Part shown: piece after piece, positions 11,693 to 25,530 of the stretch | Layout: the number at the start of each line of letters is the position of its first letter | How positions within the stretch are numbered: the first letter of the stretch is position 1 | Source: Rhynchobatus australiae | Lineage: Eukaryota | Direction of reading: 5' to 3' | Assembly: GCA_034780895.1 (NCBI GenBank) | Contig: JAUZTB010000076.1 | Location: forward strand, 48,739,475 to 48,803,253 | DNA: 63,779 nt | The notes under the pieces: model-generated | Told to the model about the DNA's origin: nothing | The model's input: the letters and a program-made list of their open reading frames with translations, nothing else | Databases searched by the model: none | Program-made: the position numbers and the translations under genes

Positions 11693-11902
11693 TCTCTGAT
11701 GTGTGATTGTCTGGGATAAACTGCTTAAATCGGTAATGTATTATAGAACCACAAATGTAGTTTGTTACCATGTTACTTCCTTCTGACTATGGATTCACTT
11801 AAACTGCTAATCCAAATAATTTGCAAAAATTTTAGTGCCTTGATATCAAGCACATTGATGTATCAGAATGTGCATCGAATGAACTAGCCAACATCAGTGA
11901 AT

Positions 11903-12592
11903 TTGTTCACTTTGGTGAACAAACAGAAAGACAGTATTTTTTTAACTAGGTGAGAGACTGGGTAATGCTGATGTTCAAAGGGGCCTATTTGTCTTTGTAC
12001 ACAAATCACTGAATGCCAACATGCAGCTGCAACAAGTGATTAGGAAGGCAAATAGTATGTTTGCCTTAATTACTGGAGACTTTGATTACAATAGGTGTCT
12101 TACTACAATTATATAGGGCCTTGGTGAGTCTGCATCTGGAAAATTGTGTACAGTTTTGGCCTTTCATTAGAAAGGATATGCTTTGATTAGGGTGAGTGCA
12201 GTGAAGATTCACTAGACTGGTTCTAGAAATGGTGAGTTTGCTGTAAAAGAAGGGATGGAGTAAATTATGTCTATATTCTCAAGAACTTACAAAAAAAATG
12301 AAAGATCTCATTGAAACTATAACAATTCAAGAATGAGATGAGGAGAAATTTTCGCATGCAGAGCGTGGTGAATTTTTAAAGTTCTCTACTCTGGAGGTGC
12401 AAGGAGGCTCAGTGATTGATTTCTTTCAAAGCAGAGAGAGAGATTTCTGTATATTAATGGGAACAAGGGATATGGGGGTAGTTTAGGAAAATGGTACTGG
12501 TGGGGGAGGGCGAAGATCGGCTATGATCTCGATGAATGATGGGGCAGGCTTGGAGAGCCAAATTACCTAGTCCTGCTTCAGGTTCTTATTAT
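11903..12592 (+). mobile_element. CR1-clade LINE 3' fragment (older, decayed)
   Basis: Reads VHFG, RKANSMFALI and LYRALVSLHLENCVQFW (cf. LYKALVRPHLEYCVQFW), with a CR1-type 3'UTR (gatcggctatgatc...ggggcaggcttg...cctagtcctgct). Confidence 0.85.
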
Positions 12593-13722
12593 TATTACAT
12601 TGATTAAAGTAATCATGTTTAAAATGCTAATCTGAAGATCATGATGTATCAAGTTTATTGGACAGGTGTAAAGGATCCAGATGAAATGTCATTAGAAAGT
12701 TTGGAAATGTACAGCACATAAATGGCCATTTCAGCCCTGTGATCCAGGCTAGTGATCCACATACTTCACATCAGCCTCCCTCACCGGACAAACTGAAAAG
12801 TCAGGAAATGACCTGGAACATTTCAGATCGTAAACTTGTGACAAAATGCTTGACTGCAAGGTGCAGCTTCTGTAGACCAAGGGTAATCTCACAAAGACGC
12901 AGCCTGTGGATAGAAAAAACTACAATGTTGCTTTGAGCTACAGTACATCCTTGGAACAAGCGAACCAACCAACCTTTGAGCGTTATTGCACATTCTCAAT
13001 TGCCTTTTGAACTTTAAGTGATAATACATTCACTTAAGTCCTCCACAGTGATCCTGTGCTATCAACATGTATATTGCTTTGTACAATTTGCTTTTATAGT
13101 CAGTGGGGATTTAAGCGCTAAATACTGTTTTAGCCAAAGTACATAAAGTATCTCACATTCCTGTACATTTATTTTGGGGTGGGTTTCATTTTTTTTATTT
13201 GTAGGTCCATATGATTACTTTGATTAGTGTCTGTCTTGCACATTACTATTTTTTTGTTCTGCTTTTTGTTTAGTCTGATTGACTAATTGGAGTGCTGACT
13301 ACCCTTGATCATGACTGTTAATCATGTCTTGTACAAACGGATTGAAGTGGTTAAACGGTATGTTCAATTTCTGTTTGCGTTGATATGATTAATGACTCTT
13401 TCAACAATATTACATAGAGTAAAATTTGCTCTACCTGGTAAACATGCACCAAAATGTGGAACTGAATGGCTAAAATGCTTAGATTGGATTTACCACATGC
13501 AGTCTTGAAGATTAATAGGCCTGATTTTCAGGCATTTTCCTTAACTATTGAGTCTGCCGATGGTTTAGCAAGACAATACCCATAACGTTTATTGTTCCTT
13601 TTCGAAGAAAGGTCTGCAAGAGCATTGCTTAAGAGGCCAATGCAGTCCAACTGGGTACAAGTACAAATGTGACCCTAAATTGTAGGCTTGTTTAGATTTT
13701 AGAATGGGGGAAGTTGAAAGAC

Positions 13723-13724
<2 letters not shown>

Positions 13725-13762
<38 letters not shown>
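13725..13762 (+). repeat. (GT)19 microsatellite
   Basis: Perfect dinucleotide run. Confidence 0.97.
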
Positions 13763-13764
<2 letters not shown>

Positions 13765-14198
13765 TTGCATTTGCATACAAGTGCATAAAACAATTTCATT
13801 TTGGGGTTTTTTGCCCAGCATCTTCCATGGCCTCCTAATTTCAACACAATCCACAATGATGCCATCTTAAGCTCAAACATAGCAAAGATGGTTAATACAA
13901 CTGCTAATTCTACCAATTGATACGTAAAGTGTCATGTCAAACTGCTATCATTTTAATGGATTTCTATTTAAGGCGTTATGTAAATCTAAATTGTTGGTCA
14001 TTGTAGTTAGTGATGATCAATCATTGGTTTTCTCTGTGAAGGCCTGTTTGCTTCTGTTATTTGACAATATAATCATGAGCACATTGACGTGTTAATACCA
14101 GTTTAACAAATAGCATTTATCTTTTAAGATCATAGTTGGTGGCCCAACGTTCTGGGCTAAGGGAATACTCTTGTACCCTTCTGCCTTATCACAAAGAA

Positions 14199-14453
14199 CA
14201 GAATCAGAACTTATTATCACTGGTATGTGGCATGAAATGTGTTGATTTGTGGCAGCAGTACAGTGCAAATACACAAAATCTATAAGTACACAAAAACAAA
14301 TAGTGCAAAAAAAAGGTATAATGAGCTGGTGTTCATGGATTGTTCAGAAATCTGATGGCAGAGGGGAAGAAGCTGTTCCTGAATCGTTGAGTTTGGGTCT
14401 TCAGAACCGCCTCCTTGATAGTAGTAACGAGAAGAGGGCATATCCTGGATGGT
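14199..14453 (-). mobile_element. Rex1/Babar-clade LINE 3' end
   Basis: Minus strand reads HPGYALFSLLLSRRR, then after a frameshift LKTQTQRFRNSFFPSAIR, the typical Rex1/Babar ORF C-terminus. A 3'UTR follows and ends in ttctga-type repeats. Confidence 0.75.
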
Positions 14454-17284
14454 CAATTCTATTCAGGTTATATTTAATCGGCGAAAGAAAACTTTTTTTC
14501 CCTCGGTGTGTTTTATGCATGAGATCAATTGATCCTTTTCGCAAAATTGTTAAACTGTGCTTTCTAATTTTAGTCAACCAAAGATGATGATAACCTTAAA
14601 TAACTGACATAATAAAGAATGGCTTATAATAAGTTTGCCTTGAACCTGATTGAAATATTGTTACAATTATTCAGTGCGGAAATTGACCCTTACACTGGAG
14701 GTTCATCCATCACCATTTATCATGTGGCACCAGCTCTGCCCAAGAATACCATGTGCGAGGAAAAAAATCAAGTTTTTAATCTGTACAGTTGTTTAAGATG
14801 GTCTATCACATTCAGCATTCAAGCAGTATCTTAACATGTTTGACCCCAAGGGGAAGCTAGATGTAGGAGAAGCCTGCACTGAAGTATGTATACAGATGTT
14901 CACCAGTTGGGCTGGGTGCCATGTTTCTGTTCTGTAAGTTCTTTGTAATAGTTGGACACAGAGTGGAATTGAACCAGTGCCATCTGACTTGAGCAAATAC
15001 CTTTTACTGGCCATGTGTAACTTGTGCTCCTCCATCCACGCCATCTGTTATACCACTGGGCAATGGGAATGGCCTGTAGACAGGGCAGTACAAATCCTCC
15101 AGGCACCCATTACCCTTCGCAAACATGGCATCTCTCAGTTGTTGTAGTGACATGTGGCTGGCAGGGTATATTTTTTGTTTTTGAGCAGTTGAACATCAGA
15201 AAACCCCAGCCAGCAAACGCAACCGTAAATAGCAGAACTTGAAATAATAAGATACAAACGTATAAAGTTGCTGCCAGCCGCTGACAAAATTCCATCGTGG
15301 GCAGCCCTACAGTATCATTTTGGTCCATGAGAAAGGTCATGAGGGTGACAACCACCATAATGAAGGTTTCTTTGGCTTTTGTAAACAAAAAAATGGAAAT
15401 TTTATTTAAATATAAAATCCTGGATTTAAGGAATGCCATTTGTGAGTATTATCCACATACATTTTAAAATGGTGTTATGTTAACAAAAAAATTGTTTTCA
15501 ACATGGAGGTTTCAGAATGGAGTTCTATCTCGGGACTGCCAGAATTCGATCTCCTGTGGGTTCTTTAAAGCTGAGTGCTGAGTTTCCTTTGCAGTATCCA
15601 ACTGATCACGTACCATCTGTAAAAGTGTTTTTCTGCATACCACTGGCTACTGTAAAAGGGCTTCCACTGGATGAAAACACCAGCTTTTTAAAATTTGTAT
15701 CATTCCACTGGCAAAATGAAATCCTCTTGATCAGATCACTTGCTTATTTTCATGATGAGTCTATCACCAGCCTTAAGAGCACTGCATTCTCTTTTGAGAT
15801 AGGAGTCTTTTGTGAAGTTCATTCCCAGAGTTAAATTATCTCAACAATCCAAGGTTCTGGAAGTAGCTGATGAATCTGATTTCGGTTCTGGAACATGCAT
15901 GCACCCAGAGAGTGTTAGCATTGATCACGAATGAGTTTAAATGTCTCAGTCAATAGCCTGCAGCTTGGATTGAACTAAGCTTTTAGCAGGTTCAAAATTG
16001 GTTTTGTAAACAGCCATGCTCTTATTTTTTTGAAAATGCTTTGCAGAATATGAATTATTTGTATCAGTAGTGGTTGGTCAGAAGGCAGCAGTGAAGTGTG
16101 CTATTGCATTGTAGTAGACTGGTAATCTTCGAGGGGGAAGCTTGACTATTCCAAATATCTGAAGCCACATCCTTTAGTTATTAATTATTGGAGTAAATCA
16201 TTTTCTGATTTGCTGTACTGAGGATCTTTGTCTCCATTTCTGGTGGCAGGATATGGGAGGGGGAAAAAAACCTTCCACTCTCCTGATTGGTCCCATTGAC
16301 TAACAGCTCTTTGTAATCTCCAAACCAAATCAGCCTAAAGGAGATGCATTGGAAGGCTCCAGGCATTTTGCTTTTACTGTGCAAAGTTGGCATGTGATAT
16401 AAAGGAGGAGGGATTGAGGTAAAGAAAGACTGTAACTTGAAAGCTTTAGCAACAAAGGCTCAGGATCAAATGAGGCCAGCAGGTTGTTGGGTTTGTATCT
16501 TGGCAAGCAGCAGTCAAAACCAGACTGGTGCTTTGGATTTGTTCCTACTTTGTTATCTTGCGTTCATTCTTGTCACTTAACTATAGAAGACTTTTTATTT
16601 TTTCCCCAGGTTTCCAGATGTTTTTAGTGTTCTTAATTAAATTACACAGAAGATACCATTTCTGGATCAGTAATCTCATTATTACTCCTATCTAAACAGA
16701 TCGGGAGTTGCTGGAAATTATGGTTCAGGGGTGACATCATCAATTCCCCTTCGCTCGCCCCTCCAAATAGCGCTGAGTTGACAGAAATTTTCAGGGTTGA
16801 GAGAGCCTGACAAATGACTGCCTGTCCCCTCCTCCACCCTCTCTGCAATACTGAGCTCCTGTCAAGACATGCCTGAGAGCTAACAGTGAGACAAAAGCAA
16901 ATAGACGGAATTTTTCCATGAATATGAGTGTACTGTTACCATCAAAATCCCACAGGAAGGAGGAAAGCTGGATGTATTTTTTTTGAACTACAGTGGCTGC
17001 TGAGAATTAAATTGAAACCACTTAGCTGTTCTGTTCAGGCTGAATACATAAGGCTGGGTCAGTTTTTCTTTGAGTCTTTGCGAGGGTAACCCGCACACAC
17101 CTCCCTTAGAATATTATTCACTTAAGGTTGATAATGCAAATTTGCAATTTGATTCTTGATTCAGAGCTTACTGGGTATGAAATGTGTATTTATAACATTT
17201 GAGATAACAACATTTTAATTACAGTATCTTCAAATATTAAAGAAATCTGTTCTGACACACTAATTTTGCTTGTTTGTCCTCTAG

Positions 17285-17374
17285 GCTACTCGAATCTCTA
17301 TGCCTTTGGATCAGCAGTTAAGTCTAGCAAAAGAGCAATGTGACTGAAGCCATCTCTAGCTGATCTATACGAAG
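17285..17374 (+). other. Candidate 90-nt non-coding (5'UTR) exon
   Basis: Branch-like cactaat and pyrimidine tract tttgcttgtttgtcctctAG upstream; gaag|GTaggg donor downstream. All three frames contain stops. Confidence 0.4.
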
Positions 17375-20300
17375 GTAGGGGAGGTGCATTGCCACGCGTA
17401 CTTACCCTGGAGGCACAGACACAGATTAGTGCATTAAGTTGGAAAAGTCAAAAATGACTCGAGCCACACTATTATTATGAGCCAAATCAAAAGCTGTGTG
17501 CCACTGGAAGTTTGAATTTTTCTGCTACCCTCTTATTTACCGCACATCTGCTGTAATTGCTGTTTGCTGTAGCTTCAAACTGTCTGCCACAAAGCAGGTG
17601 CTGAGAAAGGTGGATGCCTCAAAAAAAACCCACTGAATTCCATTCCAGAGGAGGTTAAAATAATCCACTGCCTGGACTCCTGCTCTTCCTATGTTTAATA
17701 CATAAATTGTCTCAGAATACCTTACTTAAACTTTTTGATCTTGCTCTTTTCAAAAACGCATGCTACGCAGTAGTTAAAGGTTTTGTAAACGGACAAGTTA
17801 CATACTCAAATGATAAGCCCTGATACATTCTGCCATTTTGCTTTCCACCCACCTTCTTTTATCCTCCTCCCTTGAAAGTTGGTCTTTGTCTCCCGTGTTC
17901 CCAGACTTGCTTTCAGGTCTGCCTTTTCCTACAGAGTAGACACTGCATATCTGGAAGAGGTCGCCATGAATCAGCCTGTTAAAGTGGTCAGACAGACATA
18001 AACTTGAAGATTATAGGTGCAGAAAATAAGAGACGCAGGCAGTCTGAAAGCTGTCATTTTAATAGCCTTTCTGCGGTTGCTACAGCTGTGAGAGATGCTG
18101 CCTAGCCTGATCTCTAGGAGCTGGGAATAACTAAGCCCAGTGAACAAGTCCTGTGTCCTTTTTTTAAAGAAGCAAGAAGTGTTTTTTTTAACAAGCTTCA
18201 CACCCTCCAGCTGCTTTACATCCTGTCTCTGCTCATTCACTGGGAGATTCCGTTCTCCTGCCTTCTCCTGCAATTTTTTTTTGTTCATCTTCCTTATTTA
18301 GCAGTCATTCTCAGCCTTTGACTGCTGTTCTATGTTGGGAGTTTCCAAACCTTTGCAAACAAAAGGGGATATTTTAAAACCTGAAAGGAAGAGGATATGG
18401 AGACGTCCACTTTACAATTACATGCCTCCCTTAGGTCCAGATACCCAAAGCATGTTCAGTTAACTTTCCTTCCAACAGTAGTTTCAGGAAGAATGTGCTG
18501 CTCTAGTCACCTCATTCTGCCTTGATCTGCGCCTTACCTACATCTCTTCGCTGATTCTTAACTTCTTATTTCCAAGTTGGTTTTAAATGTTTTCTGAACC
18601 CATTCGTCTCCGTGGTTCACAGAATACAAACTGAAATAACGCATGCTTCATCTTCAAAATGTGTTCTACTTGCTCCTTTCTGTCAGGCATTTCTGGCTAT
18701 TTAATTTCTGATAATTTGGGGGTCATTTTGTTTTTTTTCCCCCAATTTCTGAACAATAGAGGAAAACCATTAAGATTGACTTTATAGCTGCTTTGGAGGT
18801 ACTTAATGTGATTGGCAGTGGGCAAGAATAAATGTGTTTCTTGTGTATCTGGGAATAATACAAACAGTGGATTGTTCAGCAGATGTAGCTTTAAATAGGG
18901 CAATTGTCTGTTCGATGTTTACACCATTCTTCCGCATTTCAGTTAATGTTAATTCATTGACTAATGTCCTTCCTGATCCTTGGTACCAAGGATGAGTGCA
19001 AATCTGACCCCAAGTAGATCAAGTGTGAGCTAATCCAAATGTAGTTGGTTTGATTAAATTGGGATAAAAATCAGCTTTGCTTGGTTTTGCCCTGGAGATG
19101 GTTTGATTTATTCATCTCATTAAATGCTAGACATTGTGAAAACTGGAGCAACATTGATTCAGATTTGGCATGCAGCTTGGGCTAGTGACTGTTTGTCGTT
19201 TAAAAAGGATTGTGTTCTTCAGAGCAGCTTAAAATGAAGCTTTAATCCAAGACTGGATCTTTGTCACGCACCTGTTCACGTATATTTTAATTTTCCACAA
19301 GATGATGCAAAGTTCTCAGTGCTGCATACAAGCAGCAAGCAAAAACTGTTATTACAAATCTCTTTAAATAGATTTGGAAACATACTGAAGAGTTGGATGT
19401 GCAGAATAATGTAGGGAGTGAACAAATAATTCTTCAGAAGAGAGCACAGTTTAAAGCCAAGTAACAATTGGAATTTATAATAAAATTATGAGATTCAAGA
19501 GGAAATTTCCAGTGTTGAACGTGTTCACTGCCTCCGTAATCAGTTATAATCCATCAAAAGCAATGCTTTGTCTGTAGTTTGACAGATTATCTATTGGTAG
19601 TTGTTGGCAGGAACCTTAAGTGCCTCACCTGATGAAGTATGCAGTGTAATTCCACTGAGATCTATAACTGCTTTGACACAATTTGCAATAATTCCTAATT
19701 TGCTTTTTTTTTGCTCCATAATATCCACTTCCTTGGTACCCTCAGCTCTATTTCTGTCCAAGATGCTCTCAGTCAGGTGATCTACAAATTGAGTTGGCCT
19801 AAATCTTTTAAAAAGAAATGGTTTTCTGTTGGAGGAGAAGAGACCAAGTTTGGGTTACCTTTTGTCATTTCTGATTTAAAGACAAATTGTTTTAATTGCA
19901 TGAGATCACAAATCCTTTGTTTACCTCAGCAATATTTTGTGTTATAATTCATAATCCCTTTACAATCAATAGTGTGCCGCTATGCTTGTTTCAAAGCTGG
20001 AGAGGAAGGGGATACTTTTGAATTGGACCTTGTTTTGTTTTAAGTATGGAGTTGTCTAAAGTATGAATTTATTTTTAACTAACTGTCAATTATAGCTTTT
20101 GAGAAACCTTGTGACAGACACAGATCTCTCCATCCAATCTCTCTTTTAGTCAGCTTTACAGTGGCTAAGAAAGCCAAAGGTGAATAAACATTTAAGTTCC
20201 TTTTATGCCCTAAAAATTATAGGGTTTGTGGAGTACAAACTTCAATGACAGCCAAGATAGGAAACCAAGCTATCAGGGTTTTAAAAAACACTAATCCAAA

Positions 20301-20469
20301 GATGATAATGGTATTCATCTAAGAATTATTTTTTGATTAAGATTTTGACAAGCTAGAAATTAGTCTTGTACATGTATTCAGTACAGAGCTGTTAAGTGGT
20401 TTTAGATCAGGTCAAACAACATTGATGCTACTTTTCTGGGACTATTTGAAGAGACTGCCTTCTGTCTGT

Positions 20470-20790
20470 ATTGACGGTGTAGCATATTCAAAGACGTTCT
20501 TTCAGATAATACATCAGACTGAGATCCCATCTGCTCAGTTGGGTGGACATGAAAATTCCGTGCCACTACACAAAGCACAGTAGTGGAGTTATTCCTGGTG
20601 TTCTGGTGAATATGTATCACTCAACCAACATCCTGCGGGATTGATTGCAATGCTATTGTGGAATTTGGCAGTGTTTTAAATGCTTCTGCATTTCCCTATC
20701 TTGCAACTGTAACTGTGTTCCCAAAACAGACTGTAAAGTGCATTAAGACATCGAGGTTGTAGAGGGCACTTTATAAATCTAAGTTATTCC
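20470..20790 (+). mobile_element. Deu-domain SINE (SacSINE1/AmnSINE-like), decayed
   Basis: Blocks tctttcagat...cccatctgctc...ggtggacatgaaa...ggagttattcctggtgttctgg..aatatgtatcactcaaccaacatc and tail ctgtaaagtgc...tataaat. Shared with 37835, 45100 and 57010. Confidence 0.6.
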
Positions 20791-22674
20791 CACAATCACG
20801 GGAAATCTAAAAGCTTGCTGAGTATTAAAAGTTTAAAACAAAACAGTGATACTCTGAAATATAGTTTCTGCTTATTTTAGGGCAGATGAAGCTGTCCATG
20901 TTCAATTTACATTTAAGCGAGGTCAATGAACAAACCTTTGTACCCTGTTCAAGTACTCACAGCAATGCACTGAATGGTGTCATAGGTACTACAACTGCAT
21001 TTTCACCTTTTGAGGGCTTCTGGTAGACTTGGGTTGTTAAATAACATTTAAGAGAACAAATTACTTTCTGATGATTTTACTTGGTAAGTTCAGTCACCCG
21101 ATGTAAGAACAAGTACCAAAGGAAATGCCAGTTGGATTCGTCATTTAATTTGTCATGTTGTGCTTGTCATTTGGGACTTTTTATTTAATAAGTCTGTCCA
21201 ATCAGTGCTAAGAATAAGTAGTTACTGTATTGAACCTAGTGACACTGCATTTGCATTCTTTCATTCTTGAGTCTTACTGAACTCGTTCACCCCTGCAGTG
21301 CTCACGAGATATGGATCTTTCACACTGCAGACAATAGAGCTAGTGTAGTGCTTTGTATAATATTAAGCATAATGTAGCCTTTTTAGAACAGGCTTTAATA
21401 GGGGGAAAATGGGAATACTGCACTAATTATTTCACTGTTGTGGGTGGACTTTAAGACGTAGAAGAAGATGTGTATAATTCACCTGTGACCATTCAATAAG
21501 AGATTTCACTTGGCAGGACTATTTATCCTGTGAATATCATCAAGATAATTTTGGGTAAACTAGTTGCCTTGTCTAACGAGAGGAAAGGAACAAAATGAAC
21601 ATCACTTATTAATCTAATATGCTTCAGCAGCATGGTTTCACTATTTAACATGTCAACAAAGATTTTTCAAATCATGCGGTCAGTATCTTTTCCACACATT
21701 TCCCTCCGTGCTGCTCAAACCTAGCAGAAATTACCCAAGTTAACAATCCCTTAGAGATGTTTTGTATTAAAGGTTCTTTTACTGGGAATTACAGTTTAAT
21801 CTTGATGAAGAGCACACAAAATGATTCTTTTCAGATAGTGGAACTTAATAAAAGGCATGAAACCTCCTGGAGTCTGGGGTGTGGGGAAGGGAAAAAAAAT
21901 TCTGCTCAAAGTTCCATGCAGTCAGAATGTGGTGATTCCAGAAAGATAAAAATGTATTGTTAAAGAAAACTAACCACATTTCTCAGTGGAAATAAATATG
22001 ACCTGCATTGTCACATGACAGTGGCAAAGCTACCATAAGCACATAAAAGGAAGAGTCCATCACAGATATCCATTATTTTGAAGTACTGCAGTTTCAGTTT
22101 TTATTTTAACTAACTGCAAATGTTAAGTAATTAGTCCTAGTAATGGTCACTCATTTATCTGGCTGTTGGATAAGCTGAATGATTAACTGAGTGAATGGCC
22201 TGATTCTGTTCCTGTATCTTATGGTCCAGCTGTTGAAAGATAGCAACTTTCTGCAGGAGGTGAATCAAAAGTTATTAACTCCAACCAAGCAGCTGCTAGT
22301 TCATGAGANNNNNNNNNNNNNNNNNNNNNNNNNNNNNNNNNNNNNNNNNNNNNNNNNNNNNNNNNNNNNNNNNNNNNNNNNNNNNNNNNNNNNNNNNNNN
22401 NNNNNNNNTCCAACCAAGCAGCTGCTAGTTCATGAGAAGTAATGTACTAACGTCAAGAAGTCATCCAAAAGTAGTTTCATTTAAAATTCAGTGACTAGTT
22501 TCTCTGGTGATAAGATTATTTCATATGAAAGTGTTGCTAAGCGGCCACCATAAAGATTTATTTTATCCTACCTGCTTATTTATCATTCTTTAACCCTTCT
22601 ATGAAAAGTCAGATGTGATGATCTTTGACTCTGCAGTGTTCAATTCCATTTGCACATTTACACACCTCAAGCAA

Positions 22675-23340
22675 CAAGACTTGGAAAATCCTTAGGTAGG
22701 AGCTGATGGGGGTAAAGTAATTTTCACACCACAAAGGCAGGGGAATGGCAGTCTCCAGCAGAAGGGAGTCTAATCTTGATCCTCGGCTTTCAGTGACGTG
22801 AACATTCTTGGAGTTACTGTTGACTCAACTGGACCCATCACGTAAATACTGGGTGATGAGAGTAAATCAAAGGTTGGGTATCCTGTAGAAAAATGACTCC
22901 ATTCCTGATGCCCCAAAACCATGTCATCAAAGAACGTACAAGTCAAGAATGTAAAGGAATATTCTCTGCCTACGTGGACGTGCCTCGACACCATCTAGGA
23001 CAATGAACCCTAATTAATTAACCCTAATTGGGTGCACAGTGGTTACAGTGAATGGCATCTACAAAATGTACTGCTGTTAGTTGTCTAAGCTCTTCCAACA
23101 ACACCTCTGAAATCAGGGACTGTGGCATCAAAACAGAGAGGGTGGTAGATGTTTAGGAACTCCACCACCTGCACCTTTGCCTTCAAATCAAATATTATCT
23201 TGACCGAACAATTTCGCCCTTTCTGGGTCAAAATCCTGCTACTCCCCACCCTGACAGTATTGGAGAACTAATACAACCATCCAAGAAAGTAGCTCACTAA
23301 CCCATGCAAGGGCAATTGACGGTGTGCAATAAATTAAAGC
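22675..23340 (+). mobile_element. CR1/L2-superfamily LINE 3' fragment (family distinct from HER1-like)
   Basis: Residual peptides NILGVTVD, NWTHHVNT and QVKNVKEYSLPTW (cf. QVRSVMEYSPLAW). 3' end gggtcaaaatcctg...aagaaagtagctcac...aagggcaatt...gcaataaat. Confidence 0.7.
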
Positions 23341-25029
23341 CAGATTCTGGAAAAAATGAATACTTAATAATAAAATCTTTAGGGATTTCATGTACCTGAG
23401 GCTGAGGGGTACTGGAAGATCAGTTGAAAGCTCTGATTTTTATTTTAATCTGTATTTTGTTTCAAAGAAAACATTGTGGATTATGAATGCAGTAGCAATG
23501 ATCAGCTTGTCCATTCATGCCAAGGTAAAACAGTTCTTGTGCGAGACTGCACTAAAGCTGTTCCTTCAACATATGCATATCACTGCATCACAAGTACAGT
23601 ACACAATCTCAAACATGCCTTCAAATGCACATCTAACTGAACCGTGGGTAAAGCTCTTCACCATCAGCAAGAGAGAGGAATTATAGATTGTGTTATCAAT
23701 AAGTACCTCTTGATCCAGAACACTAACCTTTTGAGTAGTCTAATGGTAACAGTTGTAGTTCTACAAATAGTACAAACCTCTTGGTAAAATAAACATGGTT
23801 TTAAGTAAAGTACCATCTAAGCCATGCAAGGCAAACCATAAAGAATTGTAAATTTGCTGGGTATATTATGTCATCGTTCATTTAATTATAAAAAAAATCC
23901 CCACCCTATTAACTTGCCCACAAGTACAATAATGATAGTTCAAAAAAAAGCAAGTGAGGGTTTTATGACGATTAATTATTTCAACAGTTGGAAATGGAGC
24001 AAAACTTTAAACTGTGTTGTAACTTGCTCCAGAAAATTAGAAAGCAGTTCACATGGAACAGAACATGTTTAATAGCAAATAAATGACTTTAGAATACAGT
24101 TTCAGCAAGTACTTACTGAGCTAAGGGCAGCTTATTGGCATCCATCACTGGCTCGCAATTGCAAGATTAAATTACAGACAGGCTTGTAAGGTTGCCAGAA
24201 AATGCTTGTGTTCAGTGTACAGTAATTACCAACATTACCTCTAATAAATGTGATATGATAACATCAGGATTCAACTAAGGTCTTAAATGGTCTAATTCCA
24301 AAGCCATTCTCAAAAAGATCTTGGACTAAGAAGCAGTTGCACAAAGAAGCAAGTGGTATTGCCAGAAAAACAGTTTAAACTTTGCACAGAATGTACACTC
24401 TCTCTTTTCAAAGAGTATTTCTGTCACAACATCTGCACCACTGGGTTTTCAATAACTGAAGGTCAGCAGACCTTAACTTGAATTAATAATATAAAAATTG
24501 ATTGAATTTTTTTTTACTCAACTACTCTTTTGTCTTCAGGTTATTATAACACAGAATCATTATGAAAGACTACAATTAAATCAAAATTGCTCATTTAACA
24601 GAGCTTTCCATTCAATGTAAAGACACTAAATCAGCAAAACAGGTTAGCACTCCAACTAATATTTCATTATTGTACTAAGAACATTTTTAGGTAAGCAAAC
24701 AAAACTAAAGAGGACAATGAGTCCACTGTAATGTGGCTATGATCTAATGTCTGTGGGACTTGGGGCTAACCATATACGACAGCAGAGAAAGCTGACTATT
24801 ATTGCACTCAGCGAGTATAAAATATTTAAAGATGGCTTTTATGCATTGCTCGTTCATTCTGTGACTTGCGCAGGATGTTTGAAGTTCACATACAAGGATC
24901 CACGTCATCCATAAAGTGAATGAGTGCTTGGTGATTTGTTAAGGTAGATGGTATTTTTTTTAAACTGAAAACATTTTCCACACTCCTTCAGCAGCTGAAA
25001 ACTCTTAGAGACGACTTGACTAAAGAGGT

Positions 25030-25290
25030 TGCCTCTGAATCAGAAGCTGCTAGATTCAGAATTTTGTGGAGTCGAGAGCACGTATCAAAGGTGACACGCT
25101 GCAGTACTGCAGAAGGGCTGCATTATCAAAGATGTATTTGTGTAGAGTAGACTATAAACCAGTGTTCTCTCCCTATACAAGTGAGCAACCCTATTGCACT
25201 ACCTCTGAGACTTCTTAACCAACAGCAGCAAAAAGAGAGAACTTCGTTCTTTGTTCATTGGTTCAGTTTATTCTGCGTGCTGCTCCATTT
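25030..25290 (+). mobile_element. Deu-domain SINE, strongly decayed
   Basis: gcctctgaatcagaag...gagcac...tgacac..tgcagtactg...gctgcatt resembles the head and Deu region of this family. Confidence 0.45.
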
Positions 25291-25329
25291 TGAGCTGCAA
25301 TTCTAGGTTTCCTTAACCAAGTTTATTTT

Positions 25330-25530
25330 TTAGTAGTGGAAAGCTGGAATTCTCTTAAGTCTACAGATGTTAGACAAAAGGGCTTATGATGAGATCAATG
25401 ACACACTTTGGGTAGAACTATCCAGCAATGTAAAATTATGGAACTGAGGCACAGTACCCTCCCATTCTAATTGGATGGTGAAGCACACTTGAGGGACTGA
25501 ATTGTCTGCTCCTCTTCTCATAATCTTAGT
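25330..25530 (+). mobile_element. CR1 3'UTR remnant
   Basis: gtagtggaaagctggaattctct...gcacacttgagggactgaattgtctgctcct matches the CR1 tails at about 12540 and 54120. Confidence 0.5.

Noticed and set aside
13589-13916. ORFs with THTHTH repeats
   Set aside because: Translation of the (GT)19 microsatellite.
22280-22437. 29-bp direct repeat flanking a gap (TSD- or CRISPR-like)
   Set aside because: Identical sequence on both sides of exactly 100 N is typical of overlapping contig ends, i.e. an assembly artefact.
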